A DNA stretch of 64,000 nt from Eledone cirrhosa. Taxonomy: Eukaryota. The position numbers and the translations under genes were made by a program. Shown here one piece after another: positions 36,953-53,101 of this stretch; position 1 is the stretch's first letter, and each line of letters begins with the position of its first letter. Under the pieces are notes generated by a model, which was not told the DNA's origin, did not search any database, and saw only the letters and a list, made by a program, of their open reading frames with translations. The DNA lies in the NCBI GenBank assembly GCA_964016885.1, contig OZ024742.1, positions 240,188,001-240,252,000 of the forward strand. The letters are read 5' to 3'.

Positions 36953-39329
36953 TATAAACAAGAGAGGGAGAGAGGGAGAGAGAGGGAGGGAAAAGTATTT
37001 AAAAAGTAAGGCGATTTTAGAAAATAAAAACAATAGCTTAAAAATTATTGCTATTCAATTTTTATTTGTCACAATTTTATTTTATTACCCCCACCTCCCT
37101 CCAATCTAGTAGTAGCTATTCATAGTTTTGCTGCACACTCCTAACCCCACTCATTCTAGAATCACCTCTACCCCTCATAAATCTTAACACCCACACAACT
37201 CTATCTAGGGTCACTGCCTGCCTGTCCTCCCACTCTACTCTAGGACCCCTGCCCCATACCAGTTATCACTACAGTACTTTCCACAATGCTGGAAGTTTCC
37301 CCTTTTATCAATCACTCATCACTCTGTCAAATCCTTCCACACCCGCACCTGTAAGATGGAGAAGGCTCTTCAATTGAGTTAATGTAAGGTGGTTGCCAAT
37401 AGGAAGGGTATCTCGCAGTAGAAACCTTGCCAAAAGTGTTGAGAGGACTCTTCAATTGTAGCAGGAGCATGACAACCTCTGTAGTGTTAGTGATCTGCAT
37501 GATAAACATACCCAGTACACTCTGTAAAGTGGTTGGTGATAGGAGGGGCATCCAGCTGCAGAAAGCTTATCCAACAAAGAGTCAGGAGGAGTCCTCAGTT
37601 GTACCATAGACATTGTGAAGCCCTTGTCTAACCCATGCCAGCATGGAAAAGCAGATGTTATGATAGCACTGATGATGATAATAATAATGATGATGATTTT
37701 TCAAATTCATCAACAGCTGGATAGATGAAATACTAGTATATTAACTTAAAAGGTAATATGTTGTTGTTGTTTAGCCCTAGGTTAACCTTATAGTCAAAGA
37801 CATTCATTCCAGACATGGCCATTTAATTTTTTAGAGAGTATATTGGACTACATTATCAAATGTGTCTTCTTTATTTCACCCTTTTGATACCAAACCATTT
37901 GGTTCTATTGCACAAAATTGTTTGTTTTTAAGTGTTTTAAAACATCCCATCGTAATGGTCTCAGTAATAACATTTGTTAGCTTATGTTCCAAACACCAGC
38001 TTAATAATGAAAAAGTTAGTTATATTACTAAACCTCCAAATTCTTGATTATTTTCAAAATAATTTGAAAACCATAGGCAGCACTTTTCCTCAGAGATATC
38101 ATAATGAAAGAGTTAAGGACATAGACTGTCTTTCATTTGAAATATGCTAATGAAAAGTTTAATGACATAGGCAGTGCCTTTCATTAGAAATATGGTAATG
38201 AAAGGATGTGATTTGAGGTAAATTTACTAGTCATTTTGAATGGGTCTAGACTCCCTTGTTTGCTCATAAAGGTCAGGGGTTCAAACTAAAGATAAATCAA
38301 GTAACTTATTTAACCCCATGGTTTTCAAATCAATTTAAAAATAATAGTGTTCTTCAGAATTTAGAGTGATCTAGTAACACATAACTAATTTTTTCATAAA
38401 TATGTAATGTAATCTTTATAATAGTACAAATAAGTTACATATATTGAGAAAGGGGGGAGAGAATAAGTTATGTAGACAGTGAGGGAGGAGAAGAGAATTC
38501 CTATTAAATGTTTTCACTTTCTTATTAATTATGCTTATGGAAGTAAATCTTATCCACATGCCACCACCGTGGATGAAACTTAAGGGTCAGCGCGCTTCAT
38601 GGTCCTGGCCGACAGCTGATAACTTCAATTATTATGGAAAGTTTTAAAATAATTGTTTCTACTTTTGCACAAGGCCAGCAATTACCCAGTGCATTACTGG
38701 TACTTTATTTTATCGACCCCGTAAGGATGAAAGGCAAAGTTATAAACAGTTTAGTGTCATAGAAGTAAAGGCAGTTTGGTATCTTCACATTTGAAGATTG
38801 GTAAAGTGTATCCAGTTGAAAAATAGATTTTCTCACAATGAATTAATAGGTTTGAATTTGCAGAATGAAACAACCCACACCTAGATGGTGGAAAAAAATC
38901 TCAAAATATATTTCAAAGCTATCAGAAATAAATAGCTAAGAAATTGTCAGGAAATATATGTTAAAACAGACATTGCTTTCAAAGTAGAAATCAAGCTTTA
39001 TGATCAATAAGTTGTTACTGTTGTTAATACATCCCAGGCAAACTCTGATTGGCCAGACCTATGATTAAAGATATTCAACCTATAATCATCGTCTTTCTTT
39101 TTTTTCAAATTAAACCTTTACCATTTACATTACTCTATATATACTATTGTATTTTTGTAGTAAATGCTTTGTCTCACATAATATGGAATCTATGAGATTC
39201 TGATATTATTTATTTTGAGAACAATACCTTAACATTAGTATGAGCAGCCAGTTACAGCCAGTTTGAACACAAAGAAGTGAAAGAATTCTAGCCAGATACA
39301 GCTGGTTTAATGCTCATGGGTTAAGGAGA

Positions 39330-39760
39330 TGATGTAGAATAGAAAGGATTTTTGAAACTTGTTGAGGACATACCAACTTCTCTATTGTTGGTAACATGAT
39401 AAAATATACTTAGTACACTCTATAAACTGGTTGATGATCAAACTGAGATAACGTAAAGTAGCAAAGTCATAACAACCTCTCTAGTGCTGATGCCATAATA
39501 AAATACACACAATACCCAATAATGTAGTTAACAATTGAACAGAGACAACATAAGGTTGGATGGACTCTTTAGTTTTGTTGAAGGCATGACAAACTCTCTA
39601 GTGCTAGTGGGATGATAAAATATAGCCAGTACAATCTGTAAGGTAGTTGACGATTGAACAAAAACAATGTAGAATTGAGAGGGTCATATAGTCATATTGA
39701 AGATGACATCCCCTCTAGTGCTGGTACCATGATAAAATGCACTTAGTAAACTATATAAAA
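39330..39760. repeat. Degenerate ~120-bp tandem repeat resembling RTE 3'-UTR motifs
   Basis: Recurring CTCTAGTGCT...ATAAAAT...CAGTACA..CTGTAA..TGGTTGA..ATTGAAC. Confidence 0.55.
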
Positions 39761-42189
39761 TGTCCTTGGTTTCTGGACTGCCATTTTCCTCTGCTAAATT
39801 AGGATGATGGCATTATGACTGAGGAAGGAGCTCTGTAAAGTAAAATGGCTAATCACTGGTTGTCCTAGGAATGCTTCCACTATTTTGCCTGTTATATAAG
39901 GTTTCCTCTTAATTTTTAACATCATGTTATGATTCAGCAGAAAATGTCTAAAAGGAAGTTTGTTAATTCAACTGTTTATAGCATAGTGGACAGATTGTGA
40001 AAATTTTCAATATCAGAGCAAATACCTTAATTTTTAATGTGATACAGTCATAATGCTGTTTTGTGATTTGTGCTTTCCAAGAATGTCTTGCTAATCAGAT
40101 TTAAACAGGTTTATTAATTCAAATGTTTAGATTTTTTAATTATTCTTCATATCTTGTAATTATTTAGTAGAAAATATCTAAAACAGGTCTGTTAATTCAA
40201 ATGTTTATAATATCTTCATTAATGGACAGATTGTTGCGAAGCAGTCATTGTGCTGTAGTGTTCTTTTCAAGAATGACTTGCTAATGTGGTTTCATGTGGT
40301 ACAGGGTGTTTAGAGTTTTAAAAAAAATCTGTCTGAGTCAATTGTCAAAACAACTAAGTAGCCAGATGAAGACTAAGATATATAAGAAGGCTATAAAAAC
40401 AATCAACAGTCATTAAAATAATCAGAAGTAAATATTGACTTAACCCTTTCATTACTGTACTTCTAATGAAAGATATTGCCAATAGTTCTCAAATCTTGAA
40501 AATAATCAAACATTAGGGAAGATTTAGTAATATGAATTAACATTCTTATTAATAAGTTAACAAAGGTTTTTACATAAAATTATGATGGAGAGTTTTAGAT
40601 AAATATAAATACATTAAAATTAACAGTTTTGTATTATGGGCGTTTTCAGGAATTTTGGTATTAAAAGGATTAAGACAATAGACAGTCAGTTAAGGGAGAT
40701 TTAGCTGCTATTTCTAACAAGTTGAATAATCGTGTAGAGGCTCTCTCATCGGTTTGTAATAACTAATGAGAGCTGTGTTGAGGTGACTGAATCAACTGTC
40801 TGGCTTCTTTCTAATTGACAAGCTTTCATGAAAAGAACATGTTGAACAAAAGATTCAGGAGAAATTTGGATCTAGTTGAAAAGCTAGTAATAATAGTCTA
40901 TCATGGCTATCATCATCAATATCACCAGCATTCTGGTACTATTTAATAATTATGTAAGTTTATTTGTGTAGGTATTAGTCCTGGCTGGTTTTGGCAACAG
41001 TATGCTACATATCTTTACTAAGTTCATATGTATGGCCAGATCTATGAACATGAAAGTGTGTGGCTTAGTGGTTAGGGTGTTCACTGGAAGTTAGTTGACC
41101 GTAGCAAGATTTGAACTCAGCATGCAGTGAGCCAGAACAAAAACTAAGGTATTTAATTAAACCAACACCCTAACAATTGCCAATTCACTACCTGCAAAAC
41201 ATAAATGTATTGTATATGGCTTCACATATACTTTTATTCTGAATTCTTCTGTGTTAGTGCTATTGCTAATTATAATTTAGTTTCACAACAAAGCTGTATG
41301 GTGATAAAATCAATTGGTATTAAAGTCGTTTAACAGCTTAGAATAAATACTGAACTTAAAATATTATTAAACTGTTAATTAGTTAATCTATTTTCCATAC
41401 ATCTTCCCTTCTCTTACCAGATACTGTCAATGGTTTTCAAATAATTTTGAAAATAATCATATATTTCGAAGAATTTAGTAATATAATTAACATGCTCATT
41501 AAGCTAGTGTTTGGAATATAGTTCTTACATAAAATTATGACGGAAGGTTTTAGATAAATAAAAGTGCTTTAAAAGAAACAGCTTCGTATCATAACAAGGA
41601 GTGGTTTCAGGTGTTTTAGTATCAAATGGGTTAAGCTAGATGTTTAGAGTGAAATATAAAGAGCAGTGATTCTCAAATGGTATTTAATTAAGCAGTGGAT
41701 TTTCAAAAATATAATGTAAGGCTTTAGAAAATCTATACTAATTCTTGAGCGTCTTGAAGAATGTGTTATTCATCATTTCGTATTTCATACATTTACATAT
41801 GTATGAATAACAAAAATAAGTTTTTAACTTAAACACTTTTAAACCAAACTGTTTGAAACTGTCCCTAGTTCTACAATACAAAGCGGTTTATTTTGAAGTG
41901 TTTATATCTAACTAAAGGTGGCGAATTGATAGAGTTGTTAGAACATCGGATAGAATGCTTGGCAATATCCATTCCGGTTCTTTGTGCTCTGAATTCAAAT
42001 ACCGCCGAGGTCAACTTTGCAGTTAATGAAAATAGTACCAGTCCAGTACTAGGAGTTGATTCTTCCTCTATATCTCTTTCTCATTTCCCCTTTGAGACTC
42101 TGGAAGAAATTGGGTGTGTTCAGACATGGAGAGGAGATGAACTCCGCCATGTTGTAAAAATGTCCAAGAAACGCTGTATGGTCACTCTC

Positions 42190-42400
42190 ATGACGCTAAA
42201 CTCAGCCAGTTGCAGACTGCGCATTAACATGCGATAGCTCTCTCTCTCCACAAAGTTCGATTACCAGCAGCAGAGTTCAAAGAGCAAAGATCAAGTTCAG
42301 TCCATAAATCGACATTGTCAAGCCATCGTTTTGTCTGCCGGCCTCTGCTTCTCTTACCAGCCAACCTTCCTTCCAGACATAACCTACTCACACCACGAGT
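42190..42400 (-). mobile_element. 3' fragment of another RTE-clade LINE
   Basis: LEGRLAGKRSRGRQTKRWLDNVDLWT...AAGNRTLWR is a typical RTE C-terminus. Confidence 0.7.
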
Positions 42401-43600
42401 TGATATTTTTATGATCACTACGGTGCCCCTAAAACTCCACCATGAGTTATGGGTTCATATAATAAGACAATATTTAACTAAAAACCTTCCATTGTAAGTT
42501 TATGTAAGAACTTTTGTTATGTTCCAAACTCCATCTTGCTAAATCTTGTAGGAGACCAACTAAACCTGCTTACGCGTGAGCTGTAAATTTAATTAAAAAA
42601 AATATATATACTAGGTATGTCATAGAAAAAAATGATGCACCACGAGAAAACCAAAGGTATTTAGGGATTCAGCACCCTAAAAAATGTTTGGGGGAGGGGG
42701 GGGGGGGATATAAACTGGCAAAATCTGTTGCCTGTTACTGTATTAATATTGTAAGTGAAAGGTATCAATCATCATAATCAAACTACTTATTTAAAGAAAG
42801 AAAAAGAACAGTTCACACCTAGGTAGGTTTACCTGGCCTCTGAAGAGGTTGAATCTCATAGAGGGTTTTTCCTGGTTATACGATACTATGCTGGTTATTT
42901 TAAAGTATTTATATCTATCTAAAAAAAACCTTCATCATACTTTGATATAAGAACCTTTGTTATGTTCCAAACACCACGAAATCCCTCTAGATTTTTGATT
43001 AATTTCAAAAAATATTTGAAAACCATACGCAGTGTTTTTAATTAGAAATATGATAATGAAAGTGTTAAGTAGTAACATATAGACAGAAGAGTCAATTCTA
43101 TTTAGTTGCAAAAGATCAAAAATCTAAAATTAAGCATCTCCCATCCACTGCCGCACACACACAAACTTGGTTACTAGAAAGTTAAATTGAAAGAAAGCAG
43201 ACACAAGACTAGTGTATTCCTACTCTGAGGCACCTTAAGTGCCAAATGTAATTACAGTAGAAACTTCCACGATTTAAGCAACATATTTAATGCTAACAGT
43301 TTGTAACATATACAAATTGTTTACATAAGATGCGGAATCAGTTGATAAATTTAATTAATTTGGCATACTTACATATATACATAAAGATACACCCCCACGT
43401 GTGTGTGTATACACAAACACATATGTATACTTGAGTTAAGCACACTTGTGTGCTACTGTACTCTGTACACAAACACATAAATACATAAAATGTTTAAATA
43501 TAAAAATGCAACAGCCCTGCTTATTTATCAAAATGTAAAATTTCAAAAGAGAAAGAGAGAAAAAATACTAATACAATAGCAGAAAACTAATTGGTCTCAA

Positions 43601-43687
<87 letters not shown>

Positions 43688-43798
43688 TATATAAATATAT
43701 ATATATATATATAAATATATATACGTAGGTCCCGGGTTGAGTCGGGGATAACCACAGTAAGTAAGGTACTCAATACATGGCTGAGTAAAATTTTTTTA

Positions 43799-43900
43799 TT
43801 TTATAGAAGGAGCTTCTACAGGACTAGTACTGTTTCATTCAGCCTGAAGATTTCATCTGAATGAAACAGTACTGGTCCTGTAGAAGCTCCTTCTATAAAA
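43799..43900. repeat. Inverted repeat (44-bp arms, 14-nt spacer) containing a hammerhead-like core
   Basis: Arms 43799-43842 and 43857-43900 with 1 mismatch. Confidence 0.93.
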
Positions 43901-43907
43901 TATATAT

Positions 43908-43942
<35 letters not shown>

Positions 43943-43951
43943 AATATATTT

Positions 43952-44040
<89 letters not shown>

Positions 44041-44064
44041 TATATATATAAATATATATATATA

Positions 44065-44099
<35 letters not shown>

Positions 44100-44104
44100 T
44101 ATAT

Positions 44105-47100
44105 AATTATTGCAGGCGACCTAAACGGTCACGTTGGACAACATTGTGACGGCTACGACGAAATCCATGGAGGCTATGGGTTTGGTACTAGAAATGAGGA
44201 AGGCTCCAGAATCCTGGAATTCTGTGATGCAAATAACCTAACTATCTGCAACACTAACTTCAAAAAACGAGACAATCACTTGATCACCTACAGATCAGGG
44301 GAACATACCAGCCAGGTAGATTATATCCTTACCAGAAGACGTGACAAAGTGACAGTTGTAAACACTAAATCCCTCCCCCATGAAGAATGCACCTCCCAAC
44401 ATAGACTGATAATTAGCGACCTAATAGTCAGGATGAGACGTACTAGGCAACAGAAGAGGACTACCCTCAGGAGAAAAATATGGAAGCTAAAGGACCCCAC
44501 AGCCAAAAATAAATTCCAAAGCATATTACTTGATGCTTTCGACAGTAAGGAAGAGCAAATAGAGTCGTACAAGGTAGAGGAACAGAGGGAATTCCTGAAA
44601 GCAAACCTGCTGACGGCGACAGACGAAGTCTGTGGCTGGAGCAGGGCTGTAGGCAGGAGGAGAGTAACATGTTGGTGGAACAGTAAGGTGGAGGGGTCAA
44701 TTAAGGCCAGAAAGCAGGCTTGGAAAGTATGGCGGGATGGGGGTAGCAGAGAAGACTATCAAGTGGCCAGGAGGGAAGCTAGGAGACAAGTGTACTTCGC
44801 AAGAAGGGAAGCAGAGGAAAGAAAGTTCAAGCATGTTCTACAACGTGAGGACCAAAAACGTGAGGGGTTCAGGATTGCCAGGCAATGTGTCAAGGAAAAC
44901 AGTGATATTGTCGGGGAGAAGTGTGTACTTAACGATGACGGCGTACTTGCCATCACCGACGCCGATAAGAAGGTAGCTTGGAAGTGTCACTATGAAAGGC
45001 TACTCAATGAGGAGAATAAATGGGAGAAAGACAGTCTCCCCCACATCGACCCAATAGAGGGACCAGCAGTGTTAGTCGAGGGTAGTAAAATAAGTAAGGC
45101 AATCAAAGATATGAAGACAGGCAAGGCGGCTGGGCCTTCGGAAATAGTTGCCGAGATGCTGAAGGCATCTGGTACGGTGGGACACACCATGGTCACCCGG
45201 ATAGTCAACCAAGTCATACAGAATGGGGTTGTTCCGAAGGACTGGCGTAGCAGCATTATCGTTAACTGTTATAAGGGTAAAGGAGATGCCCTAGATAGGA
45301 GTAACTATAGAGGCATTAAATTAATCGACCAGGTCATGAAAGTCACGGAAAAAGTAATAGCGCAACTAATCAGAGAGTGAATTGATCTAGATGAAATGCA
45401 GTTCGGGTTTGTGTCAGGAAAAAGTACCACAGACGCTCTTTTCATTGTACGACAACTACAGGAGAAGTACCTAGCTAAAAGTAAACCCCTATACTTAGCT
45501 TTCGTCGACTTGGAGAAGGCCTTCGTCAGAGTCCCCCGTTCCATTATCTGGTGGGCTCTTAGAAAACTAGGTGTCGATGAATGGCTTGTGAGAGCTATAC
45601 AAGCCATGTATAAAGAAACAGTCAGCAAGGTTAGAATTAACAACGAATATAGTGAAGAGTTTAGCGTAAAAGTTGGTGTTCATCAGGGCTCTGTTCTTAG
45701 TCCCCTACTATTTATTTTTGCCCTCCAGGCTATAACAGTGGAGTTCAAGACCGGCTGCCCATGGGAACTCCTATACGCAGACGATCTAACGCTCATAGCT
45801 GAATCAATGGCCGAGCTAGAGAAGAAATTCCAAACATGGAAGCACGGGCTAGAATCAAAAGGCCTTAAAATTAACCTGGCTAAGACTAAAGTTCTAGTAT
45901 GTAAGAAAGAAAATAAGGCGGCGGTCCCCTCCGGGAAGTGGCCATGCGCAGAGTGTAGGAAAGGCGTAGGTAGAAATTCCATTTTGTGTCCCAAATGCAA
46001 AGTTTGGGTTCATAAAAGATGTAGTGGGATCACAGGTAAGCTAACTAAGAACATAGATTTTACATGTGGCCAGTGTTCTGGGGCAATAAGTAGCAGCAAG
46101 TGCCCACAAAATACTAGCTCTTTCAACTGCGCAGAGGGTTCTATAGAAATAGTGGACAGCTTCCGTTACCTGGGTGACAAAATCAGCAGTGGGGGAGGGT
46201 GCTCTGAAAGTACAGTAGCTAGAGTCAGAACTGGGTGGAAAAAGTTCAGAGAGCTTATACCACTATTAGCCGCTAAAGGGTTCTCCCTAAAAATGAAAGG
46301 CAGGTTGTACGATGCCTGCATACAAACAGCAATGTTGCATGGCAGTGAGACCAGGGCATTGTGTGCAGAGGATATACGCAGACTAGAGAGAAACGAAGCT
46401 TGCATGCTCCGCTGGATGTGTAATAGTAATATACGTGAACGACAAAGCATAAACGAACTAAGGAAAAAATTAGAAATAAGAGGGATCAGATGTTGTTTAC
46501 TAGAGAGAAGGCTACGTTGGTATGGTCACGTGATGCGCATGAAGGACGATAGCTGTATAACAAAGTGCAGGGCAATAAAGATAGACGGTAGCCACGGAAT
46601 AGGCAGACCCAGAAAAACCTGGGACGAGCTGATAAACTCCGACCTCACACAGTTACACCTCACCAAGACAATGTCACTGGACCGAGACCTTTGGCGGTAC
46701 TCAGTAATAGAGAAGACCCGCCTTACCTAAATACAAAGTAAAACCTACTACAGTCAGTAGGCATCTCTAACAAAATACACCCCCGTCCCACCACCCCCAC
46801 CCCATCCACACCGCCCCCTTCTATGTAAAGTTATGTTGGTGCCACACCATCCAGGCCGAAACAAATGAGATCGTGTAGGTGTCACGACAAAAAAACACAC
46901 AGTCCACGCTGTAATGTGGCCGTGTAGGCAACACGGTAAAAACCTCCCAGACCCACACTGTAAATGTGGTTGGTGTTAGGAAGGGCATCCAACTGTAGAA
47001 AACCTGCCAGACAGTCCTATGCGAGCAAGACAATCAATCTTGCCTCAAGTGGGACTACCCCCGTCCAAACCCATGCAGGCGTGGAACACGGACGTTAAAC

Positions 47101-47113
47101 GATGATGATGATG
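44105..47113 (+). mobile_element. 5'-truncated RTE LINE (subfamily A) with one premature stop
   Basis: ORFs 44280-45380 and 45396-46730 are in the same frame, split by TGA at 45378-45380 (AGA in the sister copy at 53345). It starts inside the APE domain (IIAGDLNGH). (GAT)n tail, (TA)n on both sides. Confidence 0.95.
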
Positions 47114-47173
<60 letters not shown>

Positions 47174-47182
<9 letters not shown>

Positions 47183-47330
47183 TTAAAAAATAATGAATAA
47201 AACAATGAAACAGTTCCTTATATTAAACAAAAAAAGTTCATTATTTAACGATCGTTAAATAATGAAATTTTTCTTGTTTAATATAAGGAACTGTTTCATT
47301 GTTTTATTCATTATTTTTTTAATATTTTAT
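47174..47330. repeat. Spacer-less AT-rich palindrome (~78-bp arms) centred on CGATCG
   Basis: Centre at 47251/47252, few mismatches. Confidence 0.93.
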
Positions 47331-47461
47331 CTTGACTCTGTATTCCGTTTATCTTTCACCGAAAGTGATTTTTGAATGCATCTCTTCTTTCCATGATATC
47401 CGGATTACATTGAGTTCTTCATACGGATTGGACACTACCGTAAACTTTTGGTAGATTTATC

Positions 47462-47523
<62 letters not shown>

Positions 47524-47532
47524 TATATATAA

Positions 47533-49157
47533 ATCATCATCATCGTCATCATCAACGTTTAACGTCCGTGTTCCACGCTTGCATGGGTTTGGACGGGGGT
47601 AGTCCCACTTGAGGCAAGAGTGATTGTCTTGCTCGCATAGGACTGTCTGGCAGGTTTTCTACAGTTGGATGCCCTTCCTAACACCAACCACATTTACAGT
47701 GTGGGTCTGGGAGGTTTTTACCGTGTTGCCTACACGGCCACATTACAGCGTGGACTGTGTGTTTTTTTGTCGTGACACCTACACGATCTCATTTGTTTCG
47801 GCCTCGATGGCGCGGCACCAACATAACTTTACATAGAACGGGGTGGTGTGGATGGGGTGGGGGCGGGGGTGGTGGGACGGGGTGTATTTTGTTAGAGATG
47901 CCTACTGGCTGGAGTAGGTTTTACTATATATTTAGGTAAGGCGGGTCTTCTCTGTTACTGAGTACCGCCAAAGGTCTCGGTCCAGTGACATTGTCTTGGA
48001 GAGGTGTAAGTGTGTGATGTCGGAGTTTATCAGCTCGTCCCAGGTTTTCCTAGGTCTGCCTATTCCGTGACTACCGTCTATCTTTATTGCCCTGCACTTT
48101 GTTATACAGCTATCGACTTTCATGCGCATCACGTGTCCATACCAACGTAGCCTTCTCTCGAGTAAACAACATCTGATCCCTCTTATCTCTAATTTTTTCC
48201 TTAGTTCGTTTATGCTTTGCCGTTCACGTATATTACTGTTACACATCCAGCGGAGCATGCAAGCTTCGTTCCTCTCTAGTCTGCGTATATCCTCTGCACA
48301 CAATGCCCAGGTCTCACTGCCGTGCAGCATTGCTGTTCGTATGCAGGCATCGTACAACCTGCCTTTCATTTTTAGTGAGAACCCTTTAGCAGCTAATAGT
48401 GGTATAAGCTCTCTGAACTTTTTCCAACCAGTTCTGACTCTAGCTACAGTACTTTCAGAGCACCCTCCCCCACTGCTGATTTTATCGCCCAGGTAACGGA
48501 AGCTGTCCACTATTTCTATAGAACCCTCTGCGCAATTGAAAGAGCTAGTAGTTTGTGGGCACTTGCTGCTACTTATTGCACCAGAGCACCGGCCACATGT
48601 AAAATCTATGTTCTTAGTTAGCTTACCTGTGATCCCACTACATCTTTTATGCACCCATACTTTGCATTTAGGACATAAAATGGAGTTTCTACCTACGCCT
48701 TTCCTACACACCGAGCACGACCATTTCCCAGAAGGGACCGCCGCCTTGTTTTCTTTCCTACAAACTAGTACTTTGGTCTTAGCCAGGTTAATTTTAAGTC
48801 CTTTTGACTCTAGGCCGTGCTTCCATGTTTGGAATTTCTTCTCTAGCTCGGCCATTGATTCCGCTATGAGTGTCAGGTCGTCTGCGTATAGGAGTTCCCA
48901 TGGGCAGCCTGTCTTGAACTCCTCTGTTATAGCCTGAAGGGCAATAATAAATAGTAGTGGGCTGAGAACAGAGCCCTGATGGACGCCAACTTTTACGCTA
49001 AACTCTTCACTATATTCGTTGTTAATTCTAACCTTGCTGACTGTTTCTTTATACATGGCTTGTATAGCCCTCACAAGCCATTCGTCAACGCCTAGTTTTC
49101 TAAGAGCCCACCAGATAATGGAGCGGGGGACTCTGTCGAAGGCTTTCTCCAAGTCGA
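47533..49157 (-). mobile_element. 5'-truncated RTE LINE (subfamily A), RT C-terminal half
   Basis: ORF 47932-49152 is near-identical to 45396-46730. (CAT)n tail on the left, (TA)n flanks. Confidence 0.95.
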
Positions 49158-49181
49158 TAAATATATATATAAATATATATT

Positions 49182-49231
<50 letters not shown>

Positions 49232-49354
49232 TAAATATTTATATATATATATATATATATAAATATATATATATATAAATATATATATAAATATATATAT
49301 ATAAATATAAATATTTATATATATATATATATATATAAATATATATATATATAA

Positions 49355-49397
<43 letters not shown>

Positions 49398-49420
49398 TAT
49401 ATATAAATATATATATAAAC

Positions 49421-49533
<113 letters not shown>

Positions 49534-49584
49534 TAAATATATATATATATAAATATATATATAAATATATATATAAATATATAT

Positions 49585-49616
<32 letters not shown>

Positions 49617-49651
<35 letters not shown>

Positions 49652-50210
49652 GGTTTAGCGTCCGTGTTCCACGCTTGCATGGGTTTGGACGGGGGTTTTC
49701 CCACTTGAGGCAAGAGTGGTTGTCTTGCTCGCATAGGACTGTCTGGCGGGTTTTCTACAGTTGGATGCCCTTCCTAACACCAACCACATTTACAGTGTGG
49801 GGCTGGGAGGTTTTTACCGTGTTGCCTACACGGCCACATTACAGCGTGGACTGTCTGGCGGGTTTTCTACAGCTGGATGCCCTTCCTAACACCAACCACA
49901 TTTACAGTGTGGGGCTGGGAGGTTTTTACCGTGTTGCCTACACGGCCACATTTACAGCGTGGACTGTGTGTTTTTTGTCGTGACACCTACACGATCTCAT
50001 TTGTTTCGGCCTGGATGTTGTGGGACCAACATAACTTTACATTGAAAGGGGCGGTGTGGAGGTGGTGGGACGGGGTGTGTTTTGATAGAGGTGCCTACTG
50101 ACTGTAGTAGGTTTTTACTTTGTATTTAGGTAAGGCGGGTCTTCTCTATTACTGAGTACCGCCAAAGGTCTCGGTCCAGTGACATTGTCTTGGAGAGGTG
50201 TAAGCGTGTG
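49617..50210 (-). mobile_element. Short 3' fragment of RTE subfamily A with an internal 112-bp duplication
   Basis: ORF end plus 3' UTR plus (CAT)n. GGACTGTCTGGCGGGTTTTCTACAG recurs at 49736 and 49848. Confidence 0.9.

Positions 50211-53101
<2,891 letters not shown>

Noticed and set aside
38530-38595. Hairpin ATCCAC...GTGGAT followed by GAAACTTAAGGGTC
   Set aside because: It resembles a hammerhead 3' half but has no CUGANGA, so it cannot be supported.
42840-42895. CTGAAGAGG hammerhead-like start
   Set aside because: No GAAA or stem III downstream.
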